Assembly (NCBI GenBank): GCA_963829525.1
Contig: CAWHIJ010000003.1
Location: forward strand, 1,248,001-1,312,000
DNA length: 64,000 bases
Direction: 5' to 3'
Origin: an uncultured Actinomycetota bacterium
GTDB taxonomy: Bacteria; Actinomycetota; Actinomycetes; JAHEKZ01
The first letter of the stretch is position 1. Every line of letters starts with the position of its first letter. The notes beneath the pieces are model-generated. The model saw only the letters and a list, made by a program, of their open reading frames with translations, had not been told where the DNA came from and did no database searches. Below, in pieces: positions 51,078 through 62,633 of the stretch. The translations under genes were made by a program, and so were the position numbers.

Positions 51078-51995
51078 GTGGCGTACAGGTCTGGGCTGGT
51101 CTCGGTGGTCGGCCGCCCAAACACGGGTAAGTCCACCCTCGTGAATGCCCTCACCGGCGAAAAGGTCGCCATCACCTCAAGCCGGCCGCAGACCACCCGC
51201 CACGTCATCCGCGGGGTGGTGCACCGGCCCACGGGGCAGCTGGTCCTCGTCGATACCCCTGGATTGCACAAGCCGCGCACCCTGTTGGGCCAACGACTCA
51301 ATGACGAGGTACGCCACGCGTTGGCCGACGTGGACGTGGTTGCCGTGACCCTGCCTGCCAACGAGTCCATCGGACCTGGCGACCGAAGGGTCACCGCGGA
51401 AGCGGCAGCGGTGAAGCGCTCGCCCAAGGTTGCGGTCGTCACCAAGACCGATCTGGTGACACCCGACCAGTTGATGGTTCACCTCACAGCCGTCGCTGCG
51501 CTCGCTGAGCAGAATGGATTCATGTGGGACGAGATCATCCCGATCTCAGCGCAAACCGGAGAACAGGTGGAACTGCTCACCGAGCTGCTGATCGGACTCT
51601 TGCCCGAGGGTGAGGCGTTCTTCCCGTCCGACCAGGTGACGGACGAGCCGGTCGACGTGCGAGTCGCCGAGCTCATCAGGGAGGCAGCCCTGGAGGGGGT
51701 CCGCGACGAGCTACCGCACTCCATCGCGGTGGTCGTGGACGAGCTGCTGCCCAGGGAGAACCGGCCCGCCGGTCGACCGCTCACCGACATCCACGCCACG
51801 TTGTACGTGGAACGGACGAGTCAGAAGGCGATCATCATCGGTCACAAGGGCGCTCGGTTGCGGGATGTGGGCCAGACGTCACGACGTGACATCGAGGCAC
51901 TTCTGGGGGTTCCCGTCTACCTCGACCTGCACGTCAAAGTGGCCAAGGACTGGCAGCGCGACCCCAAGCAGCTGCGCAGACTCGGGTTCGACTAG
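51078..51995 (+). CDS. era: GTPase Era
   Basis: GRPNTGKST, PQTTR, DTPG, TKTD, KH domain. Confidence 0.97.
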   Translation: MAYRSGLVSVVGRPNTGKSTLVNALTGEKVAITSSRPQTTRHVIRGVVHRPTGQLVLVDTPGLHKPRTLLGQRLNDEVRHALADVDVVAVTLPANESIGPGDRRVTAEAAAVKRSPKVAVVTKTDLVTPDQLMVHLTAVAALAEQNGFMWDEIIPISAQTGEQVELLTELLIGLLPEGEAFFPSDQVTDEPVDVRVAELIREAALEGVRDELPHSIAVVVDELLPRENRPAGRPLTDIHATLYVERTSQKAIIIGHKGARLRDVGQTSRRDIEALLGVPVYLDLHVKVAKDWQRDPKQLRRLGFD

Positions 51996-51998
51996 GGG

Positions 51999-53204
51999 TC
52001 ACGTCCCCGCCGCGGTCGCCGGCTCCGACCCGGCTGGGCCGGCATCAGCTGGTGGCAGGTCGGCGTCGTGGTGGGCCATCTCGGGGATGATCTCGTAGCG
52101 GCGGCCGTAGGTCTCGACGATTGCCTGGATACTGGCCACGATGGGGATGGCTATCAGAGCCCCCATCGCTCCACCCAGTGCGGCACCGACAATGACGGCA
52201 CCGAACGCGACGGCCGGGTGGATGTTCATCGTTCGGTTGCTGATTCGTGGAGAGAAGAGGTAGTTCTCCACCTGCTGGTAGACGATCACGAAGACGATCA
52301 CCAAAACACCGTCCAGGGTGCTTCCGCTGAACGCGATGAGTGCAGGCAGCGCACCACCGAGGTAGGTGCCCAACGTCGGGATGAACTGCGACACCACCCC
52401 GGTCCAGATGCCGAGCGGCAGCCAGTAGTCGACGCCGAGGATGAAGAGGAACCCGGCAGTGAAGACGGTAGCGAGGACAGCCAGAACCAAGCGGGACACG
52501 ACGTACCCGCCGGTCTTCTCGACCGCGATCTGCCAGACGTTGTTGACCACTCGCTGACTCTCCTGCGGTAGCCAGGATGCAACGGTGTGCCGCAGCCGCG
52601 GGCCGTCTGCTGAGAAGTAGAACGCGAAGAGCAAGACGGTGAAGAGGTCGAAGACCAGACCCACGAGCGACGTGAAGAAGCCGAACAGCCCGAGTCCGAT
52701 CTGGGAGGCCCAGTCTGCGACCCGTTCCTGGGTGATCTCGAGGCTGTCGATCAGCTGACCGGCATCGACGTTGGTGTTGAAGGTGCCGTTGACCCAGTTG
52801 ACCAGAACCTCGAAGTTGTTCGGAAGTGCCTGGACCAGGCTGACCACCTGGTCGATAAAGATGGCTCCGAAGACCGCGGAGAAGGCTGCAACGGCGAGGA
52901 AGAGTCCCAGCATGACGATGCCGGTGCCAGCTCCGCGTTTGATTCCACGGTGTGACATCCACGAGACCGCTGGCTCCATGGCGATGGCGAAGAGCCACGC
53001 GAGGAGAACGAGGAAGAGAAGGTGTCGCACCCCGAAGAAGAGCCACTCGAAGACCTGGATGAAGAGGACAACGGCAATCACCGCTACGGCCACTCGCCGG
53101 AGCAGGCGCGGGTCGGAGACAGCTGCAGCTACGACACGTGCAGTGCGGCGCGCGGCCGTGTCGCTGCGGTCGGGTGCGGCCGGCGGCACGTTGGATCCAC
53201 TCAT
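51999..53204 (-). CDS. AI-2E family transporter
   Basis: Multi-TM; QQVENYLFSPRI, IHP, GALIAIP; real start at ATG 53204, the track ORF is over-extended. Confidence 0.9.
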   Translation of the reverse strand: MSGSNVPPAAPDRSDTAARRTARVVAAAVSDPRLLRRVAVAVIAVVLFIQVFEWLFFGVRHLLFLVLLAWLFAIAMEPAVSWMSHRGIKRGAGTGIVMLGLFLAVAAFSAVFGAIFIDQVVSLVQALPNNFEVLVNWVNGTFNTNVDAGQLIDSLEITQERVADWASQIGLGLFGFFTSLVGLVFDLFTVLLFAFYFSADGPRLRHTVASWLPQESQRVVNNVWQIAVEKTGGYVVSRLVLAVLATVFTAGFLFILGVDYWLPLGIWTGVVSQFIPTLGTYLGGALPALIAFSGSTLDGVLVIVFVIVYQQVENYLFSPRISNRTMNIHPAVAFGAVIVGAALGGAMGALIAIPIVASIQAIVETYGRRYEIIPEMAHHDADLPPADAGPAGSEPATAAGT

Positions 53205-53276
53205 GGGGCGACGGTATCCGACGGCGCCAGCAGGATCAGCGATGCGCGCCGGTGACCCTGAGGTACACTGGCCCAG

Positions 53277-53305
53277 ATGCTGAACGTGCGCCTGCTTCTT
53301 CGCAG

Positions 53306-53321
<16 letters not shown>
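53277..53321 (+). CDS. leuA leader peptide MLNVRLLLRSRGEA*
   Basis: Leaderless ATG 7 nt after TACACT; Leu run CTG CTT CTT; directly upstream of leuA. Confidence 0.85.
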
Positions 53322-55154
<1,833 letters not shown>

Positions 55155-55163
55155 CTCGCGCGG

Positions 55164-55979
55164 CTACTCGGGTACGGCCACGCAGGCTGTGCCGATGCGA
55201 CGAAACCCGACTCGTTCATAGACGCGGGCAACGGCGTCGTCGTCGGCACTGAGGAAAACCACCTCGATGCCACGCCGGATCGCGTCGGCTACCAGCGTAT
55301 CTGTGACAGCTGCGCCCAAGCCCCGCCGACGGGCGCTCGGAACGGTGCCGACACCGACGATCTCGGTGACGTCGCCGACCGGGTTGTGACCGCCCGAGCA
55401 CAACACCCCGTGCTCGTCCTCGGCCACGACGAAAACCGAGCGCCCGTCGCGGATCAACTGTCGAAGGTCTTCGGATGCCTCAGGTGGGCGCCCCTCGACC
55501 GCAGCGTCTCGCTCGGAAGGGCCGACGTCGCCCACTTCGGTGCCCCCCGTCGCGAACGCGAGGCGGGCGACAACTTGAGCAGCTGGGATGATCGGGTCAT
55601 CGGGGTTGTCGATTCGGCGGATCCGAATGCCGTCGGGAACCGGGACTGCGAGTGGGTCGTGGTGTACCAGCAGGGGGTGCTCGTTGATCCGGAGACCGGC
55701 GTCACGGCAGGCGGTGCGGAGATCAGGCGCGATCTCGGCAAGCCACTCAATGGTTTCTGGCAGGCCAAGCTCGAGCTGGCGAGCACGAAGCGCCGCGACG
55801 TCAGTTGCCGTCACGTAGCCCGATGCCCAGCCCAAGCTTGGCCTGGCATAGAACGGATGGGTCAACCGGGACCGAAAGAGCGTGAAAGGTCCGACCGATT
55901 CCACGTCCGCGCGGGCTCGGGGCAGGGTGTCGAGGTATCGCTCGATCCGGCCGATCAACCCGTGTGCCTCGGTGCTCAT
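55164..55979 (-). CDS. GNAT acetyltransferase with extended N-terminus
   Basis: [20 protein letters not shown]. Confidence 0.88.
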   Translation of the reverse strand: MSTEAHGLIGRIERYLDTLPRARADVESVGPFTLFRSRLTHPFYARPSLGWASGYVTATDVAALRARQLELGLPETIEWLAEIAPDLRTACRDAGLRINEHPLLVHHDPLAVPVPDGIRIRRIDNPDDPIIPAAQVVARLAFATGGTEVGDVGPSERDAAVEGRPPEASEDLRQLIRDGRSVFVVAEDEHGVLCSGGHNPVGDVTEIVGVGTVPSARRRGLGAAVTDTLVADAIRRGIEVVFLSADDDAVARVYERVGFRRIGTACVAVPE

Positions 55980-56047
55980 GGCACGATCTTGGCCGACTCG
56001 CCGGGCCCACGGCTACCCATCCCCTCCAGCGAGGGGAGAATAGACGG

Positions 56048-56779
56048 GTGAGTCTGTATCGAGATGAGGGCGTCGTGCTGCGCACCCAGAAGCTGGGTGA
56101 GGCCGACCGCATCATCACGGTGCTGACCAAGAACTATGGACGCGTCCGGGCGGTGGGCAAAGGCGTCCGGCGCACCTCGTCGAAGTTCGGAGCGAGGCTC
56201 GAGCCGTTCAGCCACGTGGACGTGCAGTTCTACACAGGCAGGTCCCTAGACATCGTGACGCAGGTCGAGTCGCTGGACGCCTACGGTGCGTCTATCGCTG
56301 ACGACTACGCCAGATACACGTCCGGCACCGCCATGTTGGAGACGGCTGAGCGGCTGACCGACGCGGAGAAGGAACCCGCCGTCCAGCAGTACCTGTTGTT
56401 GGTCGGCGGCCTGCGCGCATTGTCGGCTGCACAGCACAGCCCTGGAGCAGTGCTCGACGCGTACTTGCTCAGGTCGTTGGCCGTTGCGGGCTACGCAGCG
56501 AGTTTCGACGACTGCACCCGCTGTGGCGCACCGGGGCCGCACCGCTGGTTCTCGGTCGAGTCAGGTGGATCGGTCTGCGCCGACGACCGGCCAGCGGGAT
56601 CGGCCACGATCAGCGCCGAGTCACTGACCGTCCTGTCGGCGCTGCTCACCGGTGACTGGGCGGTCGTGGACGCCGCAGATCCGCGGCACCTCAGGGAAAG
56701 CACGGGCATCGTTGCCGCTTACACCCAGTGGCACCTCGAACGCGGCCTCCGCTCGCTGCGCCTGGTGGAACGAACGTGA
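56048..56779 (+). CDS. recO: DNA repair protein RecO
   Basis: [28 protein letters not shown] Zn motif. Confidence 0.96.
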   Translation: MSLYRDEGVVLRTQKLGEADRIITVLTKNYGRVRAVGKGVRRTSSKFGARLEPFSHVDVQFYTGRSLDIVTQVESLDAYGASIADDYARYTSGTAMLETAERLTDAEKEPAVQQYLLLVGGLRALSAAQHSPGAVLDAYLLRSLAVAGYAASFDDCTRCGAPGPHRWFSVESGGSVCADDRPAGSATISAESLTVLSALLTGDWAVVDAADPRHLRESTGIVAAYTQWHLERGLRSLRLVERT

Positions 56780-57564
56780 GTCGTCGTCGTGTCATCAGCC
56801 CGCCTAACCCTCATCCGAGCGGCGTGCAGGCGCCCCAGGTTCCGGCAGACCTGGTACCGCATCACGTTGCGGTCGTCATGGACGGCAACGGCCGATGGGC
56901 CAAGGCCAGAGGACTGCCCCGCACCGAGGGTCACAAGGCTGGTGAGGCCGCCCTGTTCGACCTCGTCGAAGGCGCGATCGAGGTAGGCGTGAAGTTCGTG
57001 TCGGCCTACGCGTTCAGCACCGAGAACTGGAAACGGTCACCTGATGAGGTTCGCTTTCTGATGGGATTCAACCGCGACGTCATCCGGCGACGTCGTGACG
57101 AGATGAACGCGATGGGCGTCCGGGTGCGATGGGCGGGTCGGCGGCGGCGGCTCTGGAAGAGCGTCATCGACGAGCTGGAGGAGGCCGAACAGCTCACGCG
57201 CAGCAACAAGGTGCTGACGCTGACCATGTGCGTCAACTACGGCGGGCGTGCGGAGATTGCTGACGCAGCAGCGTCCATCGCCTGGGCGGTGTCTGAGGGG
57301 CGCCTCGACCCGACCCGCGTCGATGAGCGAACCGTCGCACGTTTCCTCGACGAGCCTGACCTGCCGGACGTCGACCTGTTCATCCGAAGCTCGGGCGAGC
57401 AGCGCATCTCCAACTTCTTGCTCTGGCAGAGCGCCTACGCAGAGCTGATCTTCCTCGACGAGCTCTGGCCGGATGTCGACCGACGCCACCTCTGGAAGGC
57501 GATTGAGCAGTACGCCGCCAGGGACCGCCGCTACGGGGGAGCTGACCCAACCCCCTTGGGCTGA
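56776..57564 (+). CDS. uppS: Cis-isoprenyl diphosphate synthase
   Basis: [38 protein letters not shown]. Confidence 0.95.
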   Translation: MSRRRVISPPNPHPSGVQAPQVPADLVPHHVAVVMDGNGRWAKARGLPRTEGHKAGEAALFDLVEGAIEVGVKFVSAYAFSTENWKRSPDEVRFLMGFNRDVIRRRRDEMNAMGVRVRWAGRRRRLWKSVIDELEEAEQLTRSNKVLTLTMCVNYGGRAEIADAAASIAWAVSEGRLDPTRVDERTVARFLDEPDLPDVDLFIRSSGEQRISNFLLWQSAYAELIFLDELWPDVDRRHLWKAIEQYAARDRRYGGADPTPLG

Positions 57565-57571
57565 CAGCTCG

Positions 57572-58492
57572 CTAGTGGTGTAGTCCCGATTCGTGCATCG
57601 CGTGACCGGTCGGCTCGAGCTGGAACGTGCAGTGCTCGACATCGAAGTGGTCGGCAAGGCACTCGCCCAGTGCGTCCAGGACGCGGGCAGCCCCGCCGTC
57701 GGCGAGAGCGGCGTCGGCCAGCACGACATGCGCAGAGAGCACGGGCATCCCCGAGGTGATCGTCCAGGCGTGAAGGTCATGCGCTCCGATCACCCCCGGC
57801 AGTCCGAGGATGTGTTCGCGGACCTCGCCGAGGTCGATGCCCTTGGGGGTGGCCTCCAGGAGCACGTCCATCGCTTCTCGCAGAAGTGACCAGGTGCGCG
57901 GCAGGATCATCACGGCCACCGCGACCGAGGCCAGAGCGTCGGCTTCAAGCCAGCCTGTGGCGAGGATCACGCCGGCCGCAACGAGCGCTGCCAGGGAACC
58001 GAGGGCGTCACCGAAGACCTCGAGGTAGGCGCCTCGGACGTTGAGGTTTGCTGAGGCACTCTCGCGCAGCAGCAGCGCTCCGACTACGTTGGCGGTCAAG
58101 CCGATGGCGGCGAAGACCATCATGAGACCACCGTCGATCGTCTGCGGGTTCCGCCAACGCTGCCAGGCCTCCATTGAGATGAAGACGGCAACTAAAGACA
58201 GCAGCACCGCGTTGACCACGGCCGCCAGGATCTCCAGGCGGTAATAGCCGAAGGTGCGCTGTGCGGTTGGTGCACGCGACGCAAACGAGATCGCCAGCAG
58301 TGCGAGAGCGATGCCGGAGACATCGGTGAGCATGTGGCCAGCATCAGCCAGTAAGGCGAGGCTTCCACTGATCGATGCTCCTGCAAGCTCGACCATCAGC
58401 ACAGTGCCAGTCAGCGCCAAAACCATGAGCAAACGGCGACGGTGAGCTCGCCCGGTGGCGGTGGCTGTGGGTCGCCTGTCGGCAGCCGTCAT
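57572..58492 (-). CDS. CDF zinc/cobalt exporter (CzcD/ZitB-like)
   Basis: LLADAGHMLTD, TFGYYRLEILAA, HDLHAW, HCTFQLE; ATGA overlap with zur. Confidence 0.93.
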   Translation of the reverse strand: MTAADRRPTATATGRAHRRRLLMVLALTGTVLMVELAGASISGSLALLADAGHMLTDVSGIALALLAISFASRAPTAQRTFGYYRLEILAAVVNAVLLSLVAVFISMEAWQRWRNPQTIDGGLMMVFAAIGLTANVVGALLLRESASANLNVRGAYLEVFGDALGSLAALVAAGVILATGWLEADALASVAVAVMILPRTWSLLREAMDVLLEATPKGIDLGEVREHILGLPGVIGAHDLHAWTITSGMPVLSAHVVLADAALADGGAARVLDALGECLADHFDVEHCTFQLEPTGHAMHESGLHH

Positions 58493-58893
58493 GCGCAGTC
58501 GGGGCAGATGCCGTAGATCTCGAGCGTGTGATTGATGTCGCCGAAGCCGTGCCGCTTGGCGACCTCGTCGGCCCATGACTCGACCGTCGGGCTGTCGACC
58601 TCGATGGTTCGGCCGCACCTCCGGCAGACCAGGTGGTGATGATGCTCGGTGGTGCAGCGCCGGTACATCGCCTCACCGTCATCGGTGCGGATGACGTCGA
58701 CCTGTGACGCGTCGGCCAACGACTGCAGCGTGCGGTAGACGGTGGTGAGCCCCACGGTGGAACCGCTGTCGCGAAGCCTGGCGTGGATGTCCTGGGCGCT
58801 GGTGAACTGGTTGAGGCTGTCGAGCATGTCGAGGACGGCCGCCCGCTGACGGGTGTTGCGCTGTGGTGCGCCCGCTCCCTCACCCGTGCTCAT
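58489..58893 (-). CDS. zur: Zinc uptake regulator (Fur family)
   Basis: TRQR, TTVYRTL, HHHHLVCRRCG, CPDC; adjacent to znu genes and a Zur box. Confidence 0.9.
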   Translation of the reverse strand: MSTGEGAGAPQRNTRQRAAVLDMLDSLNQFTSAQDIHARLRDSGSTVGLTTVYRTLQSLADASQVDVIRTDDGEAMYRRCTTEHHHHLVCRRCGRTIEVDSPTVESWADEVAKRHGFGDINHTLEIYGICPDCA

Positions 58894-59194
58894 GGTGCTG
58901 CCCCTCCTGGGCGTGCCGGACGGCGTCGAGGACGATGTGGGCAACGTGCTCGTCGGTGAGCTGGTAGGCCACCTCGCGCCCGCGCCGGACCCCCTCGACA
59001 AGGTCGGCACCGCGCAGCACGCGCAGGTGCTGGCTGATCAGCGGTTGGGGCAGGCCGAGCTTCTCAACGAGCTCGTGGACGCAGCGTTCACCGTCGGCGA
59101 GCTCGGTGACCAGCGCGATGCGAACGGGGGACGCGAGCGCTCGAAAGAGCTCACCCGCTTCGTCGTAGGCATCCACGATCGAGGGCTCAGTCAC
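58880..59194 (-). CDS. smtB: ArsR/SmtB-family repressor with alpha5 Zn site
   Basis: FRALASPVR, SQHLRVLR HTH; DxH-x10-H-x2-E (DEHVAHIVLDAVRHAQE). Confidence 0.85.
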   Translation of the reverse strand: MTEPSIVDAYDEAGELFRALASPVRIALVTELADGERCVHELVEKLGLPQPLISQHLRVLRGADLVEGVRRGREVAYQLTDEHVAHIVLDAVRHAQEGQHHEHG

Positions 59195-59220
59195 ATGCGA
59201 AGATTGCCATACATGCATAG
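59193..59220. promoter_or_regulatory. Imperfect inverted repeat over the smtB start, candidate SmtB operator
   Basis: ACATGCGAAGAT-TGCC-ATACATGCATAG, AT-rich, overlapping a CAATCT -10-like hexamer. Confidence 0.45.
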
Positions 59221-59231
59221 CTGCGAGCAAC

Positions 59232-60062
59232 TCACGGGGCCAGATGGCTTCGGCGTGCCTTGCGCAGGACGCCGGTGACCGCAGCCGTTGCCGCGAAGAG
59301 CGCGATCGCGGTGAGCACGATAGAGCCACCCGACGGCGTGTTGGTGTAGTACGACGACGCCACGCCGACCACCGCACAACCGAGGCCGATGGCCAGTGAC
59401 AGTGCAAACGCCGACCGGAAGCTGCCGGCGACCAGCTGCGCGGTGGCGACCGGAACGACCATGAGCGCACTGATCAGGAGCAGGCCGACCACCCGCATCG
59501 ACACTACGACGGTGGTTGCAGTCAGTACCGCGAGCACCAGGTTGAGCGGCAGCACCGGCATTCCGCTCGCCCGCGCATACTCCTCGTCGTTGGCCACCGC
59601 GAAGAGCTGTCGGCCCAGGCCAACAGTGATCAGCAGAATGAACGCCGCGAGGACGGCGAAGACGGCGAGGTCTTGGGCCGTCGTGGTGGTGATGGCCCCG
59701 AAGAGGTACTGGTTGAGGCTGGTCGCGCTGCCGCCGGGTGCCTTGGCGATCAGAACTACGCCACCCGCAATGCCTCCGTAGAACATGATGGCCAACGCCA
59801 GGTCGCTGGTCGTGCGTCCGCGGTCCCGGAGCACCTCGATCGTGATGGCGCCGGCGGCGGCCGTGAGCAGAGCCACCCAGATGGGCGCCCATCCCGTGAG
59901 CAGTCCAAGTGCGACACCGGTCAGCGCGACGTGGCCCATGCCGTCGCCCATCAGGGCCAGACGGCGTTGCACCAAGAAGATGCCGACGCTGGGAGCGGCC
60001 AGGCCTACGAGCACGGCGGCCATAAGCGCCCGTTGCATGAAGTCGTACTGCAAGAACTCCAA
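59232..60062 (-). CDS. znuB: Zinc ABC transporter permease
   Basis: FMQRAL, GDGMGHVALTG, YLFG, VVGLLLISAL; TTG start. Confidence 0.92.
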   Translation of the reverse strand: MEFLQYDFMQRALMAAVLVGLAAPSVGIFLVQRRLALMGDGMGHVALTGVALGLLTGWAPIWVALLTAAAGAITIEVLRDRGRTTSDLALAIMFYGGIAGGVVLIAKAPGGSATSLNQYLFGAITTTTAQDLAVFAVLAAFILLITVGLGRQLFAVANDEEYARASGMPVLPLNLVLAVLTATTVVVSMRVVGLLLISALMVVPVATAQLVAGSFRSAFALSLAIGLGCAVVGVASSYYTNTPSGGSIVLTAIALFAATAAVTGVLRKARRSHLAP

Positions 60063-60064
60063 GT

Positions 60065-60847
60065 TCAGGCCCCCGTTCGCATGTCGGGACCGAGCGGCTC
60101 GTGCGGCGGGTCTTCGGGATGGTCGTGGTGCGCGAAGGGTTCGCTGGCAGCCAACAGAATCGCCTGCGTCGGATCGCCGTCGTACTCGATGCGGCCGTGA
60201 CTCACCCACACGACTCGGGTCAGGTGTGGGCTGAACGGCTCCAGGTCGTGAGTGACGACCGCGATCGTCACTCCTTGACGGCTCAGGTGGCCGAGCACCT
60301 CCACCAGTGCGGCCTGCGCCTCGACGTCCACCCCAGCCGTCGGCTCGTCGAGGAGCAGCAGCTCGGTCTCTGCCGCCAAAGCCCTGGCGATCAGCACCCG
60401 ACGCTGCTGGCCGCCCGAGAGCAGGTGGACCGGCTGGGAGGCAAGGCGTAGGACGCCGACGCGTTTCATCGCCTCGTTCACCGCAGTCCGGTCTGCGGTA
60501 CTGGGGAGGTGCCACAACCCTGAGCGCGGCAGGCGTCCGCTGGCGACGACCTCGCGAACGGTGGCGGGGATCGGCCCACCCACTGTGTGCCGTTGCGGGA
60601 CGTAGCCGATCCGCCAGCGCTGCCGGTACTGCTCGGCCGGAACGCCGAAGAGGTCGAGCTCACCGGCCGACCGGGTCGCCAGCCCAAGGAGCGCCTTGAC
60701 CAGCGTCGACTTGCCCGACCCGTTCGGGCCGACGATCGCGGTGAACTCGCCCGCGCAGATGGCGAAGTCGATATCGCGCAGAACGGTGGCGCCCTCGTAG
60801 CCGAGTGTCGCTGCGCGCAGCTCGACGAGCGCAGGTGTCAGGGGCAG
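60065..60847 (-). CDS. znuC: Zinc ABC transporter ATPase, apparent CTG start
   Basis: GPNGSGKST Walker A, GYVPQ, LSGGQQRR, LLLLDEPT, THD, all in one frame extending upstream of the track ORF. Confidence 0.9.
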   Translation of the reverse strand: MPLTPALVELRAATLGYEGATVLRDIDFAICAGEFTAIVGPNGSGKSTLVKALLGLATRSAGELDLFGVPAEQYRQRWRIGYVPQRHTVGGPIPATVREVVASGRLPRSGLWHLPSTADRTAVNEAMKRVGVLRLASQPVHLLSGGQQRRVLIARALAAETELLLLDEPTAGVDVEAQAALVEVLGHLSRQGVTIAVVTHDLEPFSPHLTRVVWVSHGRIEYDGDPTQAILLAASEPFAHHDHPEDPPHEPLGPDMRTGA

Positions 60848-61746
60848 GGCAACCCCGCCTCGATGTTGGCCAGATTCGACTCCATGACCTGCAGGTAGTC
60901 GTCGCCCTGAGAGGCGTCAGACAGACCCTCCAGTGGGTCGAGGACGTCGGTGTTGGCTCCGGTGGCGTTCGCAACAGTCTCGGCCACGTCAGGACTGACC
61001 AGGGTTTCGTAGAAGATCGTCTGAACGTCGTTGTCGCGGACGAACTCGGTGACGGTGGCGAGCTGTTGCGGGTTGGGCTCGGTGTCGGGGGAGAGGCCGG
61101 TGAGCCCGACCTGCTCGAGGTTGTAGGCATCGGCGAGATACCCGAAGGCGGTGTGGCTGGTGACGAGCTGACGCCGCTCGCAGTCGGCCAGCCCTTTGCG
61201 GAAGGCGCTGTCGAGATCTGCCAGATCGGCACGCAGCTCGGCAGCGTTCGCCTCGAAGGTGGCTTGCGCTGGTGGGTCGAGCTGGCTCAGGGCGGCGGCG
61301 ACGTCGTCAGCGACGTCGGCCATGCGCATCGGGTCGAGCCAGAAGTGTGGGTCGGTCAGGGCATCGCCTTCGGATGAGTAGGTGAGGGAGAGGTCGGCGG
61401 CATCGCTGACGTCGAGTACCTGACCCTCGGACTTCTGGGCCACGGCGTCATCGACGGCCGGCTGGAAGCCTGCGAGGTAGATCGCGAGGTCGGCGTCGGT
61501 GAGCGTGCCGAGGTCTTGCGGAGCCAGCTCGAGGTCGTGGGGCTCGACACCAGGCTTGGTCAGGTTGGTGACGGTGACGAGGTCGCCACCGACGCGCTCG
61601 GCGACGAACTGGAGTGGATAGAAGGAGGTGACGACGTCCCAACCGGCCGAGGAGGTTGGCTCGTTGGTGGCGCCTGAGCCACAGGCTGACAGGGTCATCA
61701 GCCCCGAGAGCGCGATCGCGACAGCAACGCGGCGGCGAAGGTGCAT
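60838..61746 (-). CDS. znuA: Zinc ABC transporter solute-binding lipoprotein
   Basis: Lipobox LSAC, SFYPL, EPHD, DPHFWLDP, SHTAF, LDPLE. Confidence 0.93.
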   Translation of the reverse strand: MHLRRRVAVAIALSGLMTLSACGSGATNEPTSSAGWDVVTSFYPLQFVAERVGGDLVTVTNLTKPGVEPHDLELAPQDLGTLTDADLAIYLAGFQPAVDDAVAQKSEGQVLDVSDAADLSLTYSSEGDALTDPHFWLDPMRMADVADDVAAALSQLDPPAQATFEANAAELRADLADLDSAFRKGLADCERRQLVTSHTAFGYLADAYNLEQVGLTGLSPDTEPNPQQLATVTEFVRDNDVQTIFYETLVSPDVAETVANATGANTDVLDPLEGLSDASQGDDYLQVMESNLANIEAGLPCP

Positions 61747-61752
61747 GGCGGC

Positions 61753-61783
61753 ACTCTGACGTAAATGAAAACGGTTGTCAATA
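61753..61783 (-). promoter_or_regulatory. Zur box overlapping the znuA promoter
   Basis: 7-1-7 repeat TGAAAAC-G-GTTGTCA (61766-61780); minus strand reads TTGACA-N17-CAGAGT-N6-ATG. Confidence 0.85.
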
Positions 61784-61819
61784 CCGACAAGGTTCAGACG
61801 AATGTGCCGACCGCGAGCC

Positions 61820-62104
61820 TCAGACGAACTTGCCAACCGCGAGGTAGACCAGTACGCCAACGGTCAGCAGCCGCAGGATGCGTCCCAGTGGCGAGACGTG
61901 CGACCAGCCAAGGCTCGCCAGCCAGGCGAGGAAGAGCGCCAGGATCAGCAGCAGGACGCCGCCGAGCGTGTTCTCAAGGTAGAGGCCGGCGAAGAGAAGC
62001 GCCCCGAGCACGACCAGGAAGAGCCAGCGCGGAATGAGACTGAGGCGCACCAGCCAGGGGGCGCTGATCCGCTCGAGCGCGGAGGGTGTGCGGTCTTCGG
62101 GCAT
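61820..62104 (-). CDS. Small membrane protein (DUF6703-like)
   Basis: LERISAPWLVRL, about three TMs, WLASLGW; GAGGA RBS. Confidence 0.75.
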   Translation of the reverse strand: MPEDRTPSALERISAPWLVRLSLIPRWLFLVVLGALLFAGLYLENTLGGVLLLILALFLAWLASLGWSHVSPLGRILRLLTVGVLVYLAVGKFV

Positions 62105-62201
62105 GGTTCCTCGCGGCTCGTGCGTGGGCGGTTCGGACGCTCCCATCGTGGCCCACCGCCTCAATCGCTGCCAGGCCGGGGCGATGCGTCAAGATGTGCA
62201 C

Positions 62202-62564
62202 GTGGCCGACTGGGTGGTGGTGATGCGCTTTGGGGTGCCTACGGACCGCGCCGACGCCTTCGAGGACGAGGCTAGCGGCGTGGCTCGTCTGCTGGCCGGA
62301 TTTGACGGCTGCACGGGGGTCGACGTGGCCCGCGCGTCAGACGATCGCGAGCTATGGGTCATCGTGGCGCGATGGGACTCGGTCGGGAGCTACCGCAAAG
62401 CGCTGTCGTCCTACGAGGTCAAGCTGAACGCGGTGCCCTTCCTGTCGCGCGCGATCGACGAGCCGACTGCGTTCGAGGTGCTGTTTGGGATGGACGCAGC
62501 TGGCGAGCGAGCGACGTCCAGCGACCTCGCAGGTGATGCCGGAACCATCGAACGGTCCCGATAG
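62202..62564 (+). CDS. ABM/dimeric alpha-beta barrel protein (start could be 62184)
   Basis: WDSVGSYRKALSSYEVK..AVPFLSRAIDEPTAFE; position upstream of glyS. Confidence 0.8.
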   Translation: MADWVVVMRFGVPTDRADAFEDEASGVARLLAGFDGCTGVDVARASDDRELWVIVARWDSVGSYRKALSSYEVKLNAVPFLSRAIDEPTAFEVLFGMDAAGERATSSDLAGDAGTIERSR

Positions 62565-62633
62565 CCTGAAGGCTCACCGCCGACATCCAGCCGGATGGCA
62601 TGCGCACCAGTCGCGCAGAAAGCAGGGAGCCTC

